A stretch of 64,000 nucleotides of DNA from positions 72,510 to 136,509 of the forward strand of contig RQSC01000518.1 in assembly GCA_013416795.1 (NCBI GenBank). The letters run 5' to 3'. Made by a program: the position numbers and the translations under genes. Positions 56,366 through 64,000 of the stretch are shown here, one piece after another. Each line of letters starts with the position of its first letter. Within the stretch, counting starts at the first letter, position 1. The DNA is from Prasinococcaceae sp. CCMP 1430 (Eukaryota > Plantae > Prasinodermophyta). Below the pieces are notes generated by a model, which was not told where the DNA came from, made no database searches, and was given only the letters and a program-made list of their open reading frames with translations.

Positions 56366-56905
56366 AGCACGCGGGCGCGCGCAGGCTGCGGCACTCAGGA
56401 GGGGACAAGAAGACAAGGGTAAACGGCGGGAGGAGGAAGCAAGTTGGGAGGGTGCGGGGTGGGGGGAAGGGGGGGGGCGCGCGTCACACACGCAGTGCCG
56501 CGCGGCGCCGATCGCGAGCCCGCCACCACTCGAAAGACTCGCAACGCTCGGCGGCCCGCGGAAAGAGCGCGAACCTGTTATGGCCGTGGGGTCAGCGCGT
56601 AAGCGGGCTCGCGCTGACGGCGGCAGCGCGAGTGCGTGCCATCCGCGCCTGGGTGCGGATGCGGTCAACGGACGGTGCAAAGTCTCGAGTCTTCGCGCAA
56701 CAAGCAGCGATCTTGGTTCTGGTTTCCTGTCAACTTTGTGAAAAGGGTCTACAATTCGTTCCGTGGCCGCGTGGCTGGTTTGGCGATGACCATCAGAGGG
56801 CCCTTCGCGTCCGCGTTCGAAGCCGCGGCGAGGTCGCGCGCGACACACGGTGCGCGCGCCTCGCCCCACCACGCCGGCGAGCAGGCGAGCGAGCCAGCAG
56901 TAGCG

Positions 56906-58558
56906 ATGAGCCGCGGGGGGGGAGGGTACGACAGGCACATCACCATCTTCAGCCCGGAGGTGCGCCGCGCGTGCAGCGCGCCTGCCCGTGCGCCCGCGCG
57001 CCCTGTGTTCGTACTTTCGTGCCGGCCCCGCACAGATCTGTGCGCGCGCGCGCATGGCGCCAGCGCGGCCGCGCCGCTGGGCTCGCTGCAGCGGACGCTC
57101 GTGCGCGCGCACGCTAACCCTGCCCGCATGTGCATGGCGCGTAACTGGCCCGCCCGCGACCCTCGATGCCAACTGCAGGGGCGCCTGTACCAAGTCGGTG
57201 CGTGCGCGCAGCAGGCCCAGCGAGCGCGCGCGCGCGGGCGACGAGATCTCGCGTGGCCTTCCGCACCGACGGCGAGCACAGAGCCAGCAGGCGGGCTTGT
57301 ACCGTAGGAGAGTAGGCCCAACGCCGCACGCTTGCGCCTCAAGCGCAGCGCGCAAGCATTCCGCCCCTGTCTGCATCGCTACTGACACGCCCGTCCCTCC
57401 GTCCCTTGCGACGCCGACGCCGCGCGCCTGCTGTTGGGCCATCGGTGTTTTGACCTCCCAGAGTATGCCTTCAAGGTGCGTGCCGACGGCGCGACGTGCG
57501 CACGTGCGCACAAGGCGACAGATCGGGACGGGCGCGTGAGCGCCAACTGGTAGATCTGCACATGCAGCTGGACGCGCTGGGGCCCCGCGCGCACAAGCCC
57601 GGTGCCATTTGCCCTCTCACCCCCTGCTCGCTTGGGCGTGCGCTGACTCGCGTGTTCTAATTCGTCCTCCACACGCCCCGCGGGTACGCGTCCTCCGCTT
57701 CCGCAGGCCGTGAAGGCCGCGGGGCTGACTTCGATCGCCGTCCGCGGGAAGGACTGCGTGGCGATGGTCACGCAGAAAAAGGTTCCGGACAGGCTCCTTG
57801 ACCCCAAGTCGGTGACGCACCTGTTCAAGATCACGCCCAACGTCGGCTGCCTCGCGACTGGCATCATAACTGACGCACGTCACCTGGTCGCCAAGTGTCG
57901 CGAGAAGGCCGCGGATTTCAAGTTCAAGGTCAGAACGCGCGCGCGCGTGCGCTTGAGGGGCGTGGGGGAGATGCCAACCGCGCGCGGCAGTGCGCGGAGC
58001 TGCGCGTGCGTGCGAGCGAGCATGGGAGCACGAACGAAGTCGCGCGCGCGCCATCTCTATGGCTGACGCGCTGCGCTCGCGGTGCCTCTCGCTGCCTGGA
58101 CATTGGCGCACGCGCGCGCGCAGTACGGCTACGAGGTCCCCGTGGATATGCTTGCTCGCATCATGGCGGACGACGCGCAGGTGTACACGCAGCACGCTTA
58201 CATGCGGCCGCTGGGTGTGACGCTCATGTTCTGCGGTATCGACGACGAGCACGGCCCACAGTTGTTCAAGGTGGATCCGGCGGGATACTTCGTGGGTTAC
58301 CGTGCAACGGCCGCGGGCACGAAGGAACAGGAGGCGACGAACATGCTCGAGAAGAAGTTCAAGGACGGGGACAGCAGCGCGATGGGCTTCGACGCGACCG
58401 TACAGGCGGCGATCGATACGCTGCAGAGCGTGCTCAGCGAGGAGTTCAAGGCGAGCGAGATCGAGGTGGGCGTGGTGAGAGACGATGCGACTGCGTTTGT
58501 GGTGCTGGCGGAAGAGGCGGTTGAGGCGCACTTGACGGCCATCGCCGAGCGCGACTAG
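56906..58558 (+). CDS. PSMA6: 20S proteasome subunit alpha-1 (PSMA6/PAA), 5 exons: 56906-56959, 57179-57197, 57462-57475, 57707-57928, 58124-58558
   Basis: Spliced product [45 protein letters not shown]...TQKKVPD.LLD...YGYEVPVD...QVYTQHAYMRPLGV...DPAGYF.G..AT.AG.KEQEA.N.LEKK. Confidence 0.96.
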
Positions 58559-58955
58559 GGACGCGCGCGCCTCGCTGCCCAGCGTGGCCGTCAATACATT
58601 TGTGGAATAGACTCGGGCACACGTGTTAGACGAACTGGAGGTGAGGCCGGATGAGGTGGGGCCAGACGATGCATAGTCCTGTACTATGAGCTCCGCAGGC
58701 AGAGACGCGTCCCCAACCGCGCCGCCGCGCGCCATAGTAGACTGAAACGTTTGAAAGAGTTGCGGCGCGAGTCCGCGACAATATTTTGTTACCAACAGCT
58801 GCTGCGGGTGCCGCCCCGGCGACGATCGCCGCGAGGGTGGCGGCGCGCCCGCCCGCCGCGTGGGCGTCCCGCACGACACGCGACCATTCACGGTGCTGTG
58901 CGCGGGTGCCCGACGCGGCGCGCAAGTGCGGCGCGCCTTGGGAGGATTACACCGT

Positions 58956-59785
58956 CTAACGGTTGGCCTTGGCCACGCGCTCGAGCTCGTCCTTCTTCTT
59001 GATGGCGTACGAGTTCGACGAGCCCTTGGCGGCGTTGATCAGCTCGTCGGCGAGGCACTCGGCGATGGTCTTGATGTTGCGGAACGCGGCCTCGCGCGCG
59101 CCGGTGGTGAGGAGGTAGATGGCCTGGTTCACGCGGCGCAGCGGCGAGATATCGACGGCCTGGCGACGGATCACGCCCGCCGAGCCGATACGCGTGGCGT
59201 CCTCACGCGGGCCAGCGTTGATGATGGCATCGACCACCACCTGAAGCGGGTTCTGGTCGGTGAGCAGCGCGATGATGTCCATGGTGTGCTTCACGATGCG
59301 CACGGCCATGAGCTTCTTGCCGTTGTTCCTGCCGTGGTACATCAGCGAGCACACGAGGCGCTCGACGATGGGGCACTGCGCCTTGCGGAAGCGGCGGGCC
59401 TGCAGGTGTGTACAGAGGGTCAGGGAGGGGAGGGGGAGTATATGCGTCAGCCGATGCCCACACCGTCACCGTCCGTATCCTCCCGTGCCCAAGCAGGAGG
59501 AGCGGCGCCCGCGCTGAGGTGCCAAGCCAGCCTCCCTCCCTCTCGCGCGCTCGCGCGCCAGCCCTGAACCGCGCCGCGGCAGGGCGATCACGCAAGCCCG
59601 GTCGCACACGAGGCCGACTGTGCCCGCCGAGCAACGAGGCACGCGCGCGCGCGGGCAGCGGGGAAGCGGGGGCACAGTGCAGCGCGCGCCGCGCTGCGCA
59701 CCTGGTAGCGGCCGGCAGTGTGCGGGAGGTACGTCGCGAACTTGGGCTTCACGGCGATGTAGTCCTCAAGCGAGATGTCGTTGAC
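58956..59785 (-). CDS. RPS5: 40S ribosomal protein S5 (uS7), exons 59785-59702 and 59399-58956; 5' exon not found
   Basis: [12 protein letters not shown]...[45 protein letters not shown]...[10 protein letters not shown]...[21 protein letters not shown] signal immediately after the stop. Confidence 0.95.
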
Positions 59786-60295
59786 CTGCAGTCGGCAGAG
59801 CAGATGAGAGAGCGTGGCGGGGGAGCGGCGTCAGCACGCCGAGCGCGAACGGGCATGAGGCGCAGTGGACGGGCGGCCGCCGCGGCCGCGGCATGCGTGT
59901 TCGGTGGCGGCGCATCCGACCCGCCCTAAAGCGAACCCTCGCAGGCGCCGGCCACAAACGGCCGCTCAGCGCACCCCGGCGGCGAGCCCGGAACGGGGCC
60001 AGCGGAAGTCTGGGCCGCCGACAGCCATCACGCGCACAGTCCTTCATCGCCTCCGCGCGGCGCGTCCGCGAGGCCAAGGGAGGGAGAGAGGGGCAGCGTG
60101 CTGCGCGCGCCGGCGCGCGCTCGTGCGCTTTGATACGCCGTACGATCGAATGCATTCGAGAGCCGCCGCCGCATTTTTCGCCTCCGCAGCACACCCGCGC
60201 GCACGCCCGCGCGCTGGTCTGGCGGGCGCTCGGGCACGGGCTGACACGCACGTGCGTGCGTTCATGCGCGCGTTCACGCGCACACGCGCGTGCGT

Positions 60296-60376
60296 GCACA
60301 CACACACGCACACACGCACACACTCACGCATACACTCACGCATACACACACAAACACACACACACACAAACACACA

Positions 60377-60435
<59 letters not shown>

Positions 60436-60453
60436 GCATGCACACACACACAC

Positions 60454-60490
<37 letters not shown>
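60296..60490. repeat. imperfect (CA)n microsatellite, about 195 bp
   Basis: Direct inspection of the sequence. Confidence 0.97.
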
Positions 60491-60492
<2 letters not shown>

Positions 60493-61411
60493 CGGGCGAC
60501 CTGGAGGCGCGCGCGCAGGCGCTGATGGCCGCCGAGGCGCACGAGCTCGTGCGCGGCCAGCAGCTTCACATCATCGGGCCGCAGCTGCGCGCGCTCGCGG
60601 GCGACGCCGTCGGGGGCGCTGTGGGTAATGCGCCGGCCGGCGGCTCGCCGCTCCGCGCGGCGAAATCCGTCTTCCCGCGGCAGCCGCGCAGCTCACCCGC
60701 CACCCGCCGCGCGCGCCCGCGCGCAAGAACGCGGAGAAATTCCGCGGCGCCCCACGCGCCGCATGGCGGATGACCTAGGCGCGATCGCGGCCGCCGCATC
60801 GCATGGATTTTGACCATCCTCAAAGGCCATCAAAATCCATCGATACGAGGAGAATGCGAAGTGACCTCTCTCTAGCTAGCTAGCTGGCCAGGAAAAAAAA
60901 AAAGGAAAGTCGGTCGAAATCCCAATGAAATTTCCTCGGTTAGTTGGTACAAATGTTCACCGCCATCAAAAGTTGGGCAGAATTCCGGGAAGCGCGCACG
61001 AAAATCCGACCTGTCTGTGCGTCATGCCGCACGCACTCTCGGCCCCACAGTCACCCACCCACCCACCCAAAGAAATTGCGCGCCCGCCCGCATTTCATTC
61101 CGAAAATCGGTACTCTGCGTGCTTCGTCGGTCGGCGCTGCCTGAGGCCCTTAGTCCCGCTCCAGATCCGAGGAGTGGAAAAGAGCCGCGCGCGGCTGCGC
61201 GCGCGCAGCAGCGGCCGTGCGATGGCTGGCGCGCGCGCCGAGGATAGGGGTTTGCATAGTAGGGTTTCGTTGCGCATGCGTTTTGACTGCCTCCGGCGAC
61301 AGGGCTTTGGGCCGGCGCGCGCGCGCCGGCAGCGCCGCGGCCCGCGCCCGCTCCCGCAGCCTCACCTACCCTCCTGAACCACCCGCTGCGCTCCCGCGCG
61401 GCACCTCCCTT

Positions 61412-61412
<1 letters not shown>

Positions 61413-61458
<46 letters not shown>
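61413..61458. repeat. poly-C homopolymer, about 46 nt
   Basis: Direct inspection. Shorter C/G runs occur at 33940, 38166 and 53984. Confidence 0.95.
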
Positions 61459-61512
61459 ACGCTGTGCGCGCATACGCAGCCGAGAGGCTTCCCGCGCCGC
61501 GTGCGCGCGCAC

Positions 61513-62687
61513 ATGGGCAAGGGTTGGGAGGCCGTCAACTTCGAGCAGCAGGAAAGCCTCGGCGGCGGCGGAGGCATGGACGGCTTGGCGGGCGACATGC
61601 TGCAGGGCATGTCGGAGGGCGCCGACGCCCGCAAGCGTGCGGGGCTCGAGGGGCTGCCCAAGACGCACAACCCGGGCGTCATCAGCGCCAACCTCAGGGA
61701 ACGCATGAAGGAGGCAGACGCGAAGGCGCGCGAGCAGTACGAGCAGAACCTCAGGGAGTCCAAGGAGCTCGAGCTCCAGATCCAGGAGGAGCGCGAGGCG
61801 CGCCTCGACGCGCGTGTGCCGCCCGAGGACGTCGACGGCTTCATCGAGTACTTCCTGTCCACCGAGATGGAAGACATGTCCTACGTCACCACCAAGTACG
61901 CGCCGCGCCTCACCGAAGAGTTCTTCAAGGAGCTCGACAACCGCATTGGCACGCTGAAGCTGCGCCCGGAGCTCACTGAGGAGGAGGAGGACATCCTGGG
62001 CGAGCTTGGCATGCTGAGGGAGATGCTCACCAGCGCGAGGGACACCGCCAACGTGGTGGTTGACGTCCTCACGACGCCCGTGGACAAGCTCAAGGCGCTG
62101 CTCGCCGCCAAGGACAAGAAGGCCCACATCCTCGAGATGGCGGGGAACGACGAGATCGACTCGCCCTTCATGGCGCTACTCGACCAGAACATCGAGGTGC
62201 GTCCCCTCAGTGAGGGCCCGGTGCGCGCCCTTGCGCGCGCGCGCGGGCGCTTCGTTCGCGGGCACAGAGGTTGCACGCGCGCGTCGGAAATCGCCCGCGC
62301 CTGCACTGAAGCCGCCTGCTGCGGCGTGAGCTCGCTCGGTGTGGAGGATCCTTAGTCATCAGACTTTGCGCTGACCCGCACGCGCGTCGCCGCCCCCTCC
62401 CGTACCCCTCTCCGCCTGCCGACTTGGCACAGGCTGCGCGCATGGGCGGTGCGGACGATGCCGTCAAGTTCATGACCAAGGTGCGCGAGGCGTGCGACAA
62501 GTGGTACGTCAAGGACGAGAACGTGAAGAAGGTGGAGGAGGAGATGGAGCGCCGCGCGCTGCTGGGCGAGGACGAGGCGGGCAACGTCATGTCGCTCGAC
62601 CAGGCGCGCGCGAGCGGCGCCCAGGGAGGGCAGCAGCCGCCCACAGGCGCTGGGCCGCAGGAGCAGCCCTCGGGGCTCATCCTGTGA
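61513..62687 (+). CDS. conserved green-lineage hypothetical helical protein, 2 exons: 61513-62196, 62433-62687
   Basis: Strong GC3 bias. IEYFLSTEMEDMSY.....PRLTEEFF..L...IG.L; LL.AKDKKA.ILEM...EID...ALLDQNIE-AA......AV.FM.KVR. 5' end may be incomplete. Confidence 0.8.
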
Positions 62688-62952
62688 GCGGCCCGCGAGC
62701 ACGTACCATACCATACCATACGCAGGCGCGCGCGAACGCCGCGCGCGCATGTGCGAACGCGCGCGCCACTGACCGGTGTTGGCGAGGGCGGACGCGCGCG
62801 TCCGTGCCCCGCCGCGACAGTGTAAGGGACGCAAGTTCTGTCGGATGCGCCCTGCACGCACGCGTGTGGGACAGAGAGCGCCAGTGCTCGCTACGCGTGT
62901 GCGTGAGTGTGCCTAAGGTTTAATAGTTCCTCTTCCCGCGGACGGTCCGCGC

Positions 62953-63699
62953 CTACGAGCCGAGCTTGAACGCGTCGAGGATGACGCCGTAGACGAAGCC
63001 CATTCGGAACCAGTAGAAGAGGTTGGCGAGCGCGCCCTTGTGCCGCAGCGAGTGGTACCAGCGCGAGTGCACCTCGCTTAGCACGAAGGTCATGCCAATG
63101 AGGATGAAGTCCTGGCCGCCGTCGACGGCTGCGCGCCGCCGCGCCGAACGCGCGAGCGTCCCGGTGCGGTGCCACGCGGGCGGGCGTATGGAAGGGGCAG
63201 CGGAGTGCGTGGGATTGGGGGCGCAATGAGGCAGCTGCGTCAGTCGGGGCGCTCAGAACCAATCCTGCGCACTCCTCCTCTTGACCGACCGGTCAACCCA
63301 CCGCGCACGTGCATGTGCACACACGCAGAGAGAGGGGGAGGGGAGGGGGGGGAGGGAAGGAGGGAGGGAGAGAGAGAGAGAGAGAGAGAGAGGTCGTGAT
63401 GGGAGGGGACGCGAGCTCGGCACGCACTCGCACTCACCGTTGGCGAGGTTGGCTATGTTTGCAAAGTATGTCGCCGCGGCGAAGGCGGTGATGTTCCAGA
63501 GCATGCGGCGGTATGGCCGCGCGGCGAGGTGGCGCGAGAGACGCGCGAACAGCGTGGTCGCGAGGGCGAACAGCCGCGAGTCCGCCTCTCCCGCAGCCCC
63601 GCCCGCGGTACCTGCGGTAGCGGTCGCGCGCGCCGCGCGACGGCGTGCTGCCGTCGCGCCCGCACGCCGTGCGGCCGCGCGCGCCACCGCGACGGCCAT
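62953..63699 (-). CDS. Ycf20-like (DUF565) plastid protein, 2 exons: 63699-63438, 63128-62953
   Basis: Transit-like N-terminus. The phase-1 GTGAGT..GCAG intron joins to a product ending FRMGFVYGVILDAFKLGS, the Ycf20 signature. Confidence 0.85.
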
Positions 63700-64000
63700 C
63701 GCTCCTCGCAGGACCGCCGCGAGCCGTGGCGCGCCAGCTGTGGAGGCCCCGCCGCACGCCGTCCAGCCCGCGCTCGCTGTGCGCGCCCCCGCACGTGCCA
63801 GCTTTTTCAACTTGCGAAAATATCTGGCGCATGTGAACCCTGTTACTTTATGCCCTAAATCGATGTACAGTGCAAACCGTTTGCCTGCTGGCCTGATGAC
63901 GGAGCCTCTGCTGCGCCTGCGACCCTGCGCCGTCCGGCCAACCCAGCGCGGCAGGAGCGCGCTCGCAAAGTCAAATCCTGGGCGTGCGCGCGGCGCTGCC

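Noticed and set aside
59865-60773. His/Thr-rich or Cys/Val-rich proteins
   Set aside because: These are translations of the (CA)n microsatellite.
4669-63437. Introner-like repeated introns
   Set aside because: By eye the introns share only splice sites and the GCTGAC branch point, with no extended similarity. An all-vs-all alignment would be needed to exclude weak families.
246-63858. Hundreds of overlapping Arg/Ala/Pro-rich ORFs in the six-frame track
   Set aside because: Expected shadow ORFs at this GC content. They lack motifs and mostly lie antisense or out of frame to recognisable genes.

Overview
Very GC-rich, gene-dense eukaryotic nuclear DNA from a green alga, probably prasinophyte-grade (Prasinoderma-like is a guess). 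Support: GT-AG introns with a GCTGAC branch point, TGTAA poly(A)-type signals, and many plastid-targeted proteins. About 35 genes or gene pieces can be reconstructed by hand, and most long ORFs in the supplied track are GC shadows. Recognisable genes: a HECT E3 ligase, XPF/ERCC4, Derlin, AP-1 sigma, ARL6/BBS3, L-Ala-D/L-Glu epimerase, mTERF, ELP5-like, DDX51, MsrA, GTF3C2-like with an AT-hook array, exportin-7, an aldo-keto reductase, mitoferrin, HISN2, a YIP1 protein, CUEDC2-like, an atypical kinase, TPLATE, DUF819, NXD1, a GNAT, PAM68, PFDN3, proteasome alpha-1 (with two micro-exons), RPS5 and Ycf20-like. No rRNA, tRNA, CRISPR array or transposase was seen. The most notable structures are: a candidate bicistronic pair (37 nt stop-to-ATG); four convergent gene pairs whose stops are only 45-76 nt apart; recurrent telomere-like (telo-box) clusters upstream of genes; and several intact-looking fragments of conserved genes (RAD51, SEC10, RPS5 without its 5' exon, an orphan exon) next to low-complexity tracts or an N. 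Those fragments are most simply assembly misjoins but need checking. I cannot claim a wholly new system from sequence alone.
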